DNA of 64,000 nt from an uncultured Actinomycetota bacterium (GTDB lineage Bacteria; Actinomycetota; Humimicrobiia; Humimicrobiales; Humimicrobiaceae): assembly GCA_964494385.1 (NCBI GenBank), contig CAZBSE010000002.1:1597-65596 (forward strand), in the 5' to 3' direction. The position numbers were made by a program, and so were the translations under genes. The notes under the pieces are model-generated. The model was given only the letters and a program-made list of their open reading frames with translations, did not search any database and was not told the origin of the DNA. Shown here piece after piece: positions 22,325 to 31,416 of the stretch. The first letter of the stretch is position 1; every line of letters begins with the position of its first letter.

Positions 22325-22476
22325 TAGCATTTAACTACATTAATGATATAAAATAAGGCAAAGAAGCCTTTAATGCATAGAAGCACAACTTTTATTGGCG
22401 CTGCAGCCAATATAAAGGGTGCGTTTTTTTTTATTTCTATGCGGATTTATTAAAAACGGCCTTACAAAGGAGTAAA

Positions 22477-24060
22477 ATGAGTTATTCAAAAATCAACGCA
22501 TCATCTGCAACACTCACTAAAAATCTTTACGGCGATAACATAAGCCCCTTTAGCGGAATGTGTGCGACCTGTATCGAAGGATGCCTGGGCCTCTGCGAAA
22601 TTGGCAAATCAGCTTACAGGGGCAGCGAAACTATTTATCCCCAGCCATTTGGAGATATTACTGCTGCTTCACAAAAAGATTACCCCGTTGATTACTCTCA
22701 CTTTAATATAATGGGTACCGCATTTGGTACTCATGGTATTGAAGAAGATAGCGACAAGGCTATCTTCACAAATGTTGACCTGGAAGCCGTAATTGGAAAA
22801 AATAAGGACCTTAAATTGAAGCTCCCCTTTATAATCCCCGGATTGGGTTCTACCGATATTGCCCGTAAAAACTGGGAGGGTCTGGCCATCGGAGCAGCTA
22901 TCACCGGGACCGTACTGACTATTGGTGAAAATGTTTGTGGAATTGATCCCGGTTCAGAATTTGACAATGATGGAAAAGTAATCAATTCTCCAGAGTTGAA
23001 AAAGAGAGTCGGCCTGTATAAAGACTGGCAGCAGCCAGGTTACGGCGGGATCGTGGTCCAATCAAATGTAGAGGACAGCAGATTCGGAGTTTTGGAGTAT
23101 GCAATAAAAGAATTAGGTGTAGAAATTGTTGAATTAAAATGGGGCCAGGGTGCCAAAGATATCGGCGGCGAAATAAAGATAAGCAATCTTAAAAAAGCAG
23201 TTGAAATAAAAAAGAGAGGATATATAGTCCTGCCTGATCCTCTGGATCCTGAAGTTCAAAAAGCATTCGAGCACGGCGATTTCAGGGAATTCGAAAGGCA
23301 TTCAAGAGTTGGTATGGTAAATAAAGAAGATTTCCTTAAAACCGTTGAAAATCTTAGAAAAACAGGGGCAAAATACATATTTTTAAAAACCGGCGCCTAC
23401 AGGCCCATTGACCTGGCAAAAGCGATAAAATACTGCTCAGAAGCAGGGATTGACCTTCTGACTTTAGATGGAGCCGGCGGAGGTACAGGCATGAGTCCCT
23501 GGCGCATGATGAATGAATGGGGGGTCCCAACAGTTTATCTTCAGTGTCTGGCTTATGATTATGCAAAAAAACTTACAGATAAAGGGAAATATACTCCTGA
23601 TCTTGCCATAGCAGGCGGATTCACTCTTGAAGACCAGATTTTTAAGGGACTCTCTCTGGGATCACCTTATTTTAAGCTGGTAGGAATGGCACGGTCTCCT
23701 CTAACGGCCTGTATGGTCGGCAAGACTATTACCGAGAAAATCAAATCAGGAAATATTCCCAAATCAATTGAAAAATATGGAACCGACATGGAATCTATAT
23801 TTATTGAAGTGACAGATTTAAATAAAGAATTTAAAGACAGGATAAAAGATATTCCGGGTTCCGCAATAGGGCTATTTTCTTATTATAAAAGATTGGAACA
23901 GGGCCTGAAGCAGCTTATGGCCGGTGCCAGAAAATTTGCCTTAAAGTATATTGATAGAAGTGACATCACATCACTCACAAAAGAAGCCGCCATTGTGTCC
24001 GGAATTCCATATATAATGGACACAGATAAACAGGAAGCTGAAGAAATATTGAATTCTTAA
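22477..24060 (+). CDS. Solitary FMN-binding glutamate synthase family protein (GltS central-domain homolog, COG0069-like) with an N-terminal CxxCx3Cx3C motif
   Basis: 527 aa with LDGAGGGTGMSPW (the GltS DGxxGGTGAsP FMN/substrate motif) and a Gly-rich AIAGGF...SLGS segment. Four clustered Cys (CATCIEGCLGLC) lie near the N-terminus. No amidotransferase domain or gltD partner is adjacent. Confidence 0.7.
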   Translation: MSYSKINASSATLTKNLYGDNISPFSGMCATCIEGCLGLCEIGKSAYRGSETIYPQPFGDITAASQKDYPVDYSHFNIMGTAFGTHGIEEDSDKAIFTNVDLEAVIGKNKDLKLKLPFIIPGLGSTDIARKNWEGLAIGAAITGTVLTIGENVCGIDPGSEFDNDGKVINSPELKKRVGLYKDWQQPGYGGIVVQSNVEDSRFGVLEYAIKELGVEIVELKWGQGAKDIGGEIKISNLKKAVEIKKRGYIVLPDPLDPEVQKAFEHGDFREFERHSRVGMVNKEDFLKTVENLRKTGAKYIFLKTGAYRPIDLAKAIKYCSEAGIDLLTLDGAGGGTGMSPWRMMNEWGVPTVYLQCLAYDYAKKLTDKGKYTPDLAIAGGFTLEDQIFKGLSLGSPYFKLVGMARSPLTACMVGKTITEKIKSGNIPKSIEKYGTDMESIFIEVTDLNKEFKDRIKDIPGSAIGLFSYYKRLEQGLKQLMAGARKFALKYIDRSDITSLTKEAAIVSGIPYIMDTDKQEAEEILNS

Positions 24061-24086
24061 ATTCAATAAATACCAATCGTATAATT

Positions 24087-24122
24087 AATAAATAAGAGAG
24101 GAACAGTTCTCTCTTATTTATT
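24087..24122 (+). terminator. Rho-independent terminator hairpin: 14-bp stem AATAAATAAGAGAG/CTCTCTTATTTATT around an 8-nt loop, in an AT/T-rich context
   Basis: Perfect inverted repeat read from the sequence, 27 bp after the stop of the 22477-24060 gene. Confidence 0.6.
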
Positions 24123-24302
24123 AATATTAATGACTGTATATCCTGCAATATATACTGCCTGGTACAGGATTGGTCTATCTTTTACCCCATATAATAAGCG
24201 CCGTCAAATTTCATAGAAACTTAATGGCGCCTATACATATAAAACTATAATTAATTATTATACAATTGTCAACATTCTATTACCTCTCCACCTGATGTAT
24301 TC

Positions 24303-24331
24303 TTGATTATAATCCGTATAAATTGTATTAT
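24303..24331 (+). promoter_or_regulatory. Promoter for tRNA-Leu: TTGATT-17 bp-TATTAT, ending about 9 nt before the mature tRNA 5' end
   Basis: Canonical -35/-10 spacing read directly from the sequence. Confidence 0.5.
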
Positions 24332-24340
24332 TTTCAGAGC

Positions 24341-24429
24341 GCCGGAGTGGCGGAATTGGCAGACGCGCTGGACTCAAAATCCAGTGGACCGCAAGGTTCG
24401 TGTCGGTTCGACCCCGACCTTCGGCACCA
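24341..24429 (+). tRNA. tRNA-Leu (anticodon CAA), type II with a long variable arm and encoded CCA
   Basis: Manual fold: acceptor GCCGGAG pairs with CTTCGGC (one G-U), then U8/G9. D-arm GCG-GAATTGGCAGA-CGC. Anticodon stem CTGGA/TCCAG with loop CTCAAAA. Variable arm of about 15 nt. T-arm with GGTTCGA. Ends in ACCA. Closely parallels E. coli tRNA-Leu. Confidence 0.9.
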
Positions 24430-24457
24430 TTAAAAACTATTAATAGCCTAAAAATAT

Positions 24458-24858
24458 TTGATTCCCAAAAATATAATCATTCATATTTGCGATATAATAA
24501 AAACAGTATCGTTAAAGGGGGCCGGGGTAAAAGCCACAATGAATACTACCGGGGGCAGGATAGTCCAGGATACCGACCGGCTTGATGCCATTGGTGCTAT
24601 CGGTATCGGGCGGGTTTTGCTTTTGACAGATATAAAAAGCAGCCGATTTATAATCCTGATAAAAAACCGGTTATGCATAAGTCTAAAGAATAATATTTCA
24701 ACAGCAGAAGCTCGACCATAAATCATCTTCATGAAAAGCTTTTACTTCTTAAAGACTTCATGAATACCGTAACGTCAAAGAAGACTGCCGCATCAAGACA
24801 TGAGTTTCCGAAAGTTTACCTGAACAGATTTCTTAAGGAATGGAAAGGCAGAGCTTAA
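24458..24858 (+). pseudogene. Degraded HD-domain phosphohydrolase (YedJ/YpgQ-like) gene remnant. It is frameshifted, truncated and GC-richer than its surroundings.
   Basis: Frame 2 encodes ...[19 protein letters not shown] (the HD-superfamily DxDRLDALGAIGIAR motif). A different frame (24760-24858) encodes MNTVTSKKTAASRHEFPKVYLNRFLKEWKGRA, resembling the C-terminal RH.F...FL..F..EW.G of this family. The N-terminal His motif is missing, and the spacing between HICDI and DTDRLD is about 30 aa too short. Confidence 0.5.
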
Positions 24859-24907
24859 CAAATTCCCTCTTCCATATTCTTAAATTTACTTTGCTTCAAG
24901 GAAATTT

Positions 24908-25876
24908 TTAAAGGGCAAGGATATGTGCCAGCTTGTACAATTCTTCATCTATTTCTTTTTTTTGCTCAAAAATATCTTCAAATTTGGATGTTACAATTTC
25001 CATACTTTCAATTCCTACCATGCAGTCACTTTCACCCTGGAGCAAGAGCTCTATGGATTTCTTGCCAAACTCTGCAGCCAGTGTCCTGTCCATGGCAGAT
25101 GGAGAGCCTCCTCTTTGAACATGGCCAAGTACCGATACTCTTACTTCATGGCCCACCAGCAGTTTAATAGAAGACGCAACATCGCCGGCTCTGGCCGCTC
25201 CTTCGGCAACTATTAGCAGAGTATGCCTTTTCCCTTCTCTGTGATCCTTGATCTGATTTGCTATCTTGGCCAGATCAACCTTTATTTCAGGGATCAATAT
25301 ATAATCGGCGCCACAGGCGATCCCTGTATTTACTGCTATCATCCCTGAATTCCTGCCCATTACCTCTATTACAAATATCCTGTCATGGGAAGACGCCGTA
25401 TCCCTGATTTTCGAAATAATATCAATTATTACATTGAGAGCGGTATCGAAACCAATACTGTAATCGGTACCCACAATATCATTGTCTATGGTTGCCGGAA
25501 TTCCCACCACCTGCACTCCCTGCTTATGCAGCTCATGCGCACCTTTAAAGGTACCATCTCCGCCAATTACTACCAGACCCTCTATATTATCTTTTTTCAG
25601 ATTATCTATGACCACTTTCTGCCCTTCTCTGCATTTAAATTTTTCCGACCTTGCCGAATAAAGGAAAGTGCCTCCCCTGTCAATAATTCCACCGACCGAA
25701 TTTAAATCCAGTACCTTAAAATTATTTTCAATCATTCCTTTATATCCCTCGTAAAATCCGCAGACCTCCAGGTCACTATATATTGCATATCTTGTAGCCG
25801 CCCTTATTGTAGCATTCATACCGCTGGCATCTCCGCCGCTGGTCATCAATGCAATTCTTCTTTTTTGTACCACCAT
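24908..25876 (-). CDS. pfkA: ATP-dependent 6-phosphofructokinase
   Basis: 322 aa with the RIALMTSGGDASGMNA and GGDGT motifs. Confidence 0.95.
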   Translation of the reverse strand: MVVQKRRIALMTSGGDASGMNATIRAATRYAIYSDLEVCGFYEGYKGMIENNFKVLDLNSVGGIIDRGGTFLYSARSEKFKCREGQKVVIDNLKKDNIEGLVVIGGDGTFKGAHELHKQGVQVVGIPATIDNDIVGTDYSIGFDTALNVIIDIISKIRDTASSHDRIFVIEVMGRNSGMIAVNTGIACGADYILIPEIKVDLAKIANQIKDHREGKRHTLLIVAEGAARAGDVASSIKLLVGHEVRVSVLGHVQRGGSPSAMDRTLAAEFGKKSIELLLQGESDCMVGIESMEIVTSKFEDIFEQKKEIDEELYKLAHILAL

Positions 25877-25885
25877 AGCCTCCCC

Positions 25886-26542
25886 TTATTTCCTTCTGCT
25901 TCTTAATTCACCAGATACTTCTTCAAGAGTAATTTCCTTTTCAGCCATTAAAACCAATAAGTGATAAATCAAGTCAGCTATCTCATATACCACATCACTT
26001 TTTTCATGATGCTTTGAGGACAGTACAACTTCCATACTCTCTTCACCGAATTTTTTTATTATTTCATCCAGTCCCTTCTTATGAAGGGAATAGGTGTAAG
26101 AATTGGCTTCTTTATGTTTTATTCTGCTTTTAATAACACTATATAATTCATTCAGTATATTCTTGTCCGGATCTTCTCTAAAACATTTTCTATAATCCAG
26201 ATCTCCGTCAATATCTTTTAAGCTCCTATAAAAACAGCTCCTGTTGCCTGTGTGGCAGGCATTGCCTGTCTGTTCTACATTAACCAACAGCGCATCTCCG
26301 TCGCAATCATATTTTATACTTTTTATTTTCTGTATATTGCCCGATGTTTCGCCTTTGTTCCACAATTTTTTTCTTTTCCTGCTCCAAAACCAGGTTGTAC
26401 CTGTAATCAAACTCTTTTTTAAGGATTCTTTATTCATATAAGCTACCATAAGGACTTCTTTTGTTCTATAATCCTGTATAACAGCAGGAACCAGGAAATT
26501 TTTTTCCCTTATATTAATATTGATTTTATTATCCTCTGCCAT
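25886..26542 (-). CDS. hisI: Bifunctional phosphoribosyl-AMP cyclohydrolase / phosphoribosyl-ATP pyrophosphatase
   Basis: 218 aa. The N-terminal half matches HisI ([23 protein letters not shown]); the C-terminal half matches HisE ([26 protein letters not shown]). Confidence 0.9.
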   Translation of the reverse strand: MAEDNKININIREKNFLVPAVIQDYRTKEVLMVAYMNKESLKKSLITGTTWFWSRKRKKLWNKGETSGNIQKIKSIKYDCDGDALLVNVEQTGNACHTGNRSCFYRSLKDIDGDLDYRKCFREDPDKNILNELYSVIKSRIKHKEANSYTYSLHKKGLDEIIKKFGEESMEVVLSSKHHEKSDVVYEIADLIYHLLVLMAEKEITLEEVSGELRSRRK

Positions 26543-26640
26543 TTTATATTAACCCTTTGATATTATCATTTTCTGGTATTTTATTAATAATATCACAATG
26601 AAATTTAAAATTCCTGATTTAATTAATCGGTTCAATAAAC

Positions 26641-27411
26641 CTACAATCTAACCTTTATCCCTTCGGATCTCAGGTATTTTTTGGCTTCTTTTATGGTATG
26701 TTTGCCGTAATGGAATATTGATGCCACCAGTACCGCATCGGCATCGGCATATTTAATTACATCTCTTAAATGTTCCAGTTTTCCTGCTCCTCCTGAAGCT
26801 ATAACCGGTATATTTACCGAAGATGTCACCTTCAGGGTAAGGTCTATATCATAACCATCTTTGGTTCCGTCCTTATCCATGCTGGTAAGCAATATCTCAC
26901 CCGCGCCCAGCTCTTCCGCTTTCTTTGCCCAATCCACGGCATTCTTACCGGTAGGAGTTCTTCCCCCGTTCAGATATACTTCCCAGAAATCCTTTTTCTT
27001 ATACTTGGCATCAATGGCAACTACTACACACTGCCTCCCGAAAATTCTCGAAGCATCGCTTATAAGAGAGGGGGACCTAACTGCAGAGGTATTTATTGAA
27101 ATCTTATCCGCTCCTCTTTTTAATATCTCTCTTATATGTTCTGTTTTGCTTATTCCTCCCCCTATGGTATAAGGTATAAATACCTTTTCGGCAGTTTTGC
27201 TTGCAAGTTCCACTACTGTTTCCCTCCTCTCATGAGAGGCTGTTATATCCAGAAATACTATCTCGTCAGCGCCTTCCCTGTCATAATAAGCTGCCATCTC
27301 TACAGGGTCGCCAGCATCTTTTAAATTAATAAAACTTATCCCCTTTACCACTCTTCCTTTATCTACATCCAGACAGGGAATTATCCTCTTAGTGATCATC
27401 CGAAATTCCAA
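26641..27411 (-). CDS. hisF: Imidazole glycerol phosphate synthase cyclase subunit
   Basis: 256 aa with the RIIPCLDV and GGGI HisF motifs. Confidence 0.95.
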   Translation of the reverse strand: MEFRMITKRIIPCLDVDKGRVVKGISFINLKDAGDPVEMAAYYDREGADEIVFLDITASHERRETVVELASKTAEKVFIPYTIGGGISKTEHIREILKRGADKISINTSAVRSPSLISDASRIFGRQCVVVAIDAKYKKKDFWEVYLNGGRTPTGKNAVDWAKKAEELGAGEILLTSMDKDGTKDGYDIDLTLKVTSSVNIPVIASGGAGKLEHLRDVIKYADADAVLVASIFHYGKHTIKEAKKYLRSEGIKVRL

Positions 27412-28132
27412 TCTCGATTGCTTCTTTTATGCTAATTTTTACTTTTTCTTCATACAGAGCCTTACCTATGATAACACCACTTATACCCATGTTTTCCATT
27501 TTTTTTAGATTAATGATGTCTTCTATTCCCCTGATTCCTCCCGCTATTATGAAATTCATGCCGGAATTTTCTATTATCTTCCTGATAAATCCCGCATTGA
27601 TGCCCTTAAGTGTCCCGTCCCTGGATATATCAGTGATTATAACTTCATTTATATTCAATCTTTCTATCTTCTCTATAAATTCAAATATACCAATATTAGA
27701 TTTTTCCTGCCAGCCGTTTTTAAAAACTATCCCTTTTCTTCCATAATCAACACTTGGAATTATCCTTTTCTTATAATCCGAAATACAACTTTCCAAAAAA
27801 TCAATATCTTCCACAGCTCTGGTACCCAGAATAATCCTGTCAATACCCTTCTCAAGAATTCGCCTGATTGTCTTAAAACTCCTGATTCCACCGCCATATT
27901 GAATATTTATATCCACCTTCTGCTTTATTTTAACCGCTGTTGAAAGATTCTCCGGGCTACCGGTTCTGGCACCGTCCAGGTCTATGATATGCAGCCATTC
28001 CGCACCTTCCTTCTTCCATCTTTCGGCCGCCTCGACCGGATTATCATAATATTTTTTTTTAGTATCGAACCTGCCTCTGATCAATCTGACACAGGAGCCA
28101 TCGATCAAGTCAATTGCAGGTATTATTATCAT
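27389..28132 (-). CDS. hisA: ProFAR isomerase HisA
   Basis: Starts [17 protein letters not shown]. The HisA fold continues through GGGIRS. The annotated ORF extends 13 codons further upstream; the internal Met at 28130-28132 is the likelier start. Overlaps hisF. Confidence 0.9.
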   Translation of the reverse strand: MIIIPAIDLIDGSCVRLIRGRFDTKKKYYDNPVEAAERWKKEGAEWLHIIDLDGARTGSPENLSTAVKIKQKVDINIQYGGGIRSFKTIRRILEKGIDRIILGTRAVEDIDFLESCISDYKKRIIPSVDYGRKGIVFKNGWQEKSNIGIFEFIEKIERLNINEVIITDISRDGTLKGINAGFIRKIIENSGMNFIIAGGIRGIEDIINLKKMENMGISGVIIGKALYEEKVKISIKEAIEIGISDDH

Positions 28133-28763
28133 CGGTTTTTCTTCCCTTCGCCATGTTCCAGAAATTATCAAGCAGTTTCAATCCTTCCATGCTGCTTTTC
28201 TCGGGATGGAATTGAAATCCGTAAATATTTCCCTTTTTAATCCCTGCTGTAATTTCAATACCATAGTCGGTGGTGCAGCTTATGATATTTTTATTTTCCG
28301 GTACAACATGATAAGAATGGACAAAATAGAAATTCTCGCCGCTTTTGATCCCTGAAAATACTTTGCTATCCTTTTTTAGTATTTTTAATTGGTTCCATCC
28401 CATATGAGGAACCTTGACCACTGGTGGTATCCTTTCTGCCGAACCTTTAAAAATACCGAGCCCGCTGTTAATTCCGTCTTCCACGCTGTATTCAAACAGC
28501 AGCTGCATTCCGATACATATTCCAAGAAAATATTTTTTTTCTATGTTCCTTTTTATAACACCGACCAGTTTTAATTCTTCAAGATTCTTATAGGCATCCC
28601 TGTAAGCTCCTACGCCCGGGAGTATCATCGCCGCAGAATTATCTATAACTTCTGCTTTATTGGTTATTTTTACCTCAGCTCCGATTCTTTTAAGAGCATT
28701 TGCTACACTGCTGATATTGCCCATATTATAATCTATTACTGCTATATACATAAATTTCCCCAT
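28110..28763 (-). CDS. hisH: Imidazole glycerol phosphate synthase glutamine amidotransferase subunit
   Basis: 217 aa class-I GATase with the CIGMQ catalytic Cys and FHPEKS. Confidence 0.9.
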   Translation of the reverse strand: MGKFMYIAVIDYNMGNISSVANALKRIGAEVKITNKAEVIDNSAAMILPGVGAYRDAYKNLEELKLVGVIKRNIEKKYFLGICIGMQLLFEYSVEDGINSGLGIFKGSAERIPPVVKVPHMGWNQLKILKKDSKVFSGIKSGENFYFVHSYHVVPENKNIISCTTDYGIEITAGIKKGNIYGFQFHPEKSSMEGLKLLDNFWNMAKGRKTDDNNTCN

Positions 28764-28830
28764 TATATTTCAGATAAATATTTTTTGATTTTTCCTATCA
28801 TAGCCTTGCTTTAACCGGTATCCTTAAAGA

Positions 28831-29415
28831 CTATATTAAACCTTTGGTTGAAGGTACGATACCGTTTGCGGATTGCCTTGTAGCATCGTGGAGTACAATA
28901 CCAAAAGCCTTAAACACTGCCTCTATTATATGGTGAGAATTCATTCCGGTATTTTTGTTTATATGAATATTCATAAAACTATTACTTGCTACTGCTTTGA
29001 AAAACTCTTCAACTGCCATAGTGTCCATCCCGTTTATTTTTTCATACTCCATATCCACATTATATTTCAGATAAGATCTCCCCCCTATGTCTATGGATAC
29101 GGTTACTTCCGCTTCGTCCATGGGCAGCATAATGCATCCGAATCTCCTGATTCCTTTTTTGTTTTTCAAGCAGTCGAAAATAGCCTTGCCCAGGCATATC
29201 CCCACATCTTCCACCAGATGATGGCAATCCACGGACAGATCGCCCGAAGCCTTGATCTTCAGATCAAAACTGCCATGTCTTGAAAAACTTTCCAGGATAT
29301 GATCGAAAAAAGGTATTGAAGTTTTGATATCCGTAATTCCCTTTCCATCAACATTGAATTCAAGTCCTATATCAGTCTCTTTTGTTTTTCTTGTTACTTT
29401 CGTTTCTCTTTCCAT
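28831..29415 (-). CDS. hisB: Imidazoleglycerol-phosphate dehydratase
   Basis: 194 aa with IGPD duplicated His-rich motifs (HHLVED, HHIIEA). Confidence 0.9.
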   Translation of the reverse strand: MERETKVTRKTKETDIGLEFNVDGKGITDIKTSIPFFDHILESFSRHGSFDLKIKASGDLSVDCHHLVEDVGICLGKAIFDCLKNKKGIRRFGCIMLPMDEAEVTVSIDIGGRSYLKYNVDMEYEKINGMDTMAVEEFFKAVASNSFMNIHINKNTGMNSHHIIEAVFKAFGIVLHDATRQSANGIVPSTKGLI

Positions 29416-29425
29416 CTTCCCTTAC

Positions 29426-30073
29426 TTATTCTATCGCATTTTTTATCTTACTTACAAAATCATTTATTAAATCATACTTTATCCTATAACTGGCAGTATT
29501 AGCAATCAATCTGGTAGTTGAAACAGTAATCTCTTCCATTTCTACCAGATTATTATGCTCCAGGGTACTGCCGCTTGCAGTTATATCAAGTATTTCATCG
29601 GCAATGCCCAAAACGGGAGCCAGCTCCACCGAACCATGCAATTTTATTATTTCAGCCTGGATGCCTTTCTGATCAAAATATTTCTTGGCAATGTTAGGGT
29701 AGCTGGTAGCAACCCTTATGGAGCCAAACTTTTGATAATATTTCTTTACCTTTTCAATACAATCTTCTAAAGTAGCCAGAATTATCCTGCATTTTCCATT
29801 TTTTAAATCCAGCAGTTCGTACACATTGCTTTCTTTTTCCAGTAAAACATCTTTGCCTGAAAATCCAATATCACATGCGCCGTGTTCAACATACACCGGG
29901 ACATCCATGGGACGTGATACGACATATCGTAACGAATCCTTTTTAGAATCTATAAAAAGCTTTCTACTGCCTTCCATCAGGGACGATATATCAAATCCTG
30001 CTTTTTTTAGCACTTCAACACACGGGTCGAATAAATATCCCTTTGGCACCGAAACCTTAATTTCTCTTTTCAT
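29426..30073 (-). CDS. hisG: ATP phosphoribosyltransferase, short form
   Basis: 215 aa. It is the short HisG type, which requires HisZ. Confidence 0.85.
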   Translation of the reverse strand: MKREIKVSVPKGYLFDPCVEVLKKAGFDISSLMEGSRKLFIDSKKDSLRYVVSRPMDVPVYVEHGACDIGFSGKDVLLEKESNVYELLDLKNGKCRIILATLEDCIEKVKKYYQKFGSIRVATSYPNIAKKYFDQKGIQAEIIKLHGSVELAPVLGIADEILDITASGSTLEHNNLVEMEEITVSTTRLIANTASYRIKYDLINDFVSKIKNAIE

Positions 30074-31343
30074 TTTTAAACTCTTCCAGAAATTTGCTTA
30101 TTTTTTCAACTTTTTTTGTATTTTTATCAAAATCCTTTATGGTAACCTTTTTTATTTCCGGTTCTACTACAACCAGCAGGTTATAATTCTTTTCAGCTGC
30201 AAAATCTTCTATTCCGGTTACTTTTTCAAAAGACAATTCAACTATGGTATTGCTTCTGCGCAACTCCTGGGCTAGTTTTATCAATTCTACACCATATTTA
30301 TTATCGCTGCAGTTCAGCAGAATTTTATAACTCCTCTTCAGCCTTTGCTCCCCCATAGCTTTGTGAATCAAATCGACATCCAGTGCAAATCCGGTAGCAG
30401 GGACATCCAGCCCAAATTTTTTAATAAGTCCGTCATATCTTCCCCCACTGCCCAGAATATCAGTAACTTTAGAGCAGTAAACTTCAAATAAAAGACCAGT
30501 ATAATAATTAAAATCCCTTATAATACTGAAATCGGTTATCAAGCGGTCGCCAAACCCAAATTTTTCCATAATTTCATATATTTCTTTCAAGTAACTAAAA
30601 CTTTTAATCACTTCAGGCTCTTTTATTTTAGAAATTAATCCCGATATTTTTTCAATGTTACCCTCCGGCTGCAACAATTTTATAAAAATTTCTGTTCCAC
30701 TCTTATTCTTTCTGCCCAGAAAATTTTCCAGCTCAACAAAATCTTTTAAAGCAATTTTCCTTTTAACAAATTCCTTGTATTTTAAATTAAGATTAAACCA
30801 ATCGCACAGTCCCTCGATGAATTTTACATGACCAATTCCTATCTTGTAATCCTGTAGATTCATGCCATTTAATATGTTTATCAATATAATAAGAATCTCT
30901 ATATCTGACATTACTGCATTTTTGGAACCGATAAATTCAATGCCTGCCTGATTATACGCTCTCCTGATGCCTTTCTGTGCATCCGATTGCCTGAAAGAAT
31001 CCGCAAAATAACAGAACCTTACAGGAAGTTGACTTTTTTTTATCCTCATTCCGGTAAGCCTGGAAATTGGTATGGTCATATCACTTCTGAGGGACACCAG
31101 GCTTCCATCAATATCAAAAAAATTAATCAGTCTGTCTTTCCAGTTTTTACCGGCTCCTATTGAAATATTTCCGGTATATTCAATCACAGGAGTCTTGACT
31201 TCGCCATAGCCCCACTTTTTAAATTCCTGACCGATTATATTTTCTATATTATTTCTTTCTTCTGATTCAAATGGAAAAATATCCCTCAAGCCGTAAGGTA
31301 ATTTAATCATCTGATTCTTCTTTTTATTGGTAAACATATCCAA
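30057..31343 (-). CDS. hisZ: ATP phosphoribosyltransferase regulatory subunit HisZ (HisRS paralog)
   Basis: 428 aa with a class-II aaRS-like core (FRQSDAQKGIRRAYNQAGIEFIG) but without canonical HisRS motifs. Lies immediately upstream of short hisG and overlaps it by 17 nt. Confidence 0.75.
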   Translation of the reverse strand: MDMFTNKKKNQMIKLPYGLRDIFPFESEERNNIENIIGQEFKKWGYGEVKTPVIEYTGNISIGAGKNWKDRLINFFDIDGSLVSLRSDMTIPISRLTGMRIKKSQLPVRFCYFADSFRQSDAQKGIRRAYNQAGIEFIGSKNAVMSDIEILIILINILNGMNLQDYKIGIGHVKFIEGLCDWFNLNLKYKEFVKRKIALKDFVELENFLGRKNKSGTEIFIKLLQPEGNIEKISGLISKIKEPEVIKSFSYLKEIYEIMEKFGFGDRLITDFSIIRDFNYYTGLLFEVYCSKVTDILGSGGRYDGLIKKFGLDVPATGFALDVDLIHKAMGEQRLKRSYKILLNCSDNKYGVELIKLAQELRRSNTIVELSFEKVTGIEDFAAEKNYNLLVVVEPEIKKVTIKDFDKNTKKVEKISKFLEEFKNEKRN

Positions 31344-31416
31344 CCTGATTAATATTATCTATAAAAAATGTATTCTACCACACTACCATATTTTAAAAAA
31401 ACAGATTTTAATAGTC

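Noticed and set aside
22380-22440. Possible structured leader or terminator upstream of the glutamate-synthase-family gene (GCTGCAGC palindrome followed by a T9 run)
   Set aside because: The palindrome has no loop (it is a PstI-like site) and no adjacent stem. The T-run alone is not sufficient evidence for a terminator or riboswitch.
24150-24300. Short hairpins (ATCCTG...CAGGAT, GCGCC...GGCGC) between the terminator and the tRNA promoter as a possible sRNA
   Set aside because: The stems are short (5-6 bp) with large loops and no promoter or terminator pairing. The evidence is insufficient.
24400-24732. Overlapping small ORFs 24400-24585 (+), 24458-24721 (+) and 24481-24732 (-) as separate genes
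   Set aside because: They tile a region that reads better as fragments of one decayed HD-hydrolase gene in two frames. Individually they are too short for the domain they resemble.
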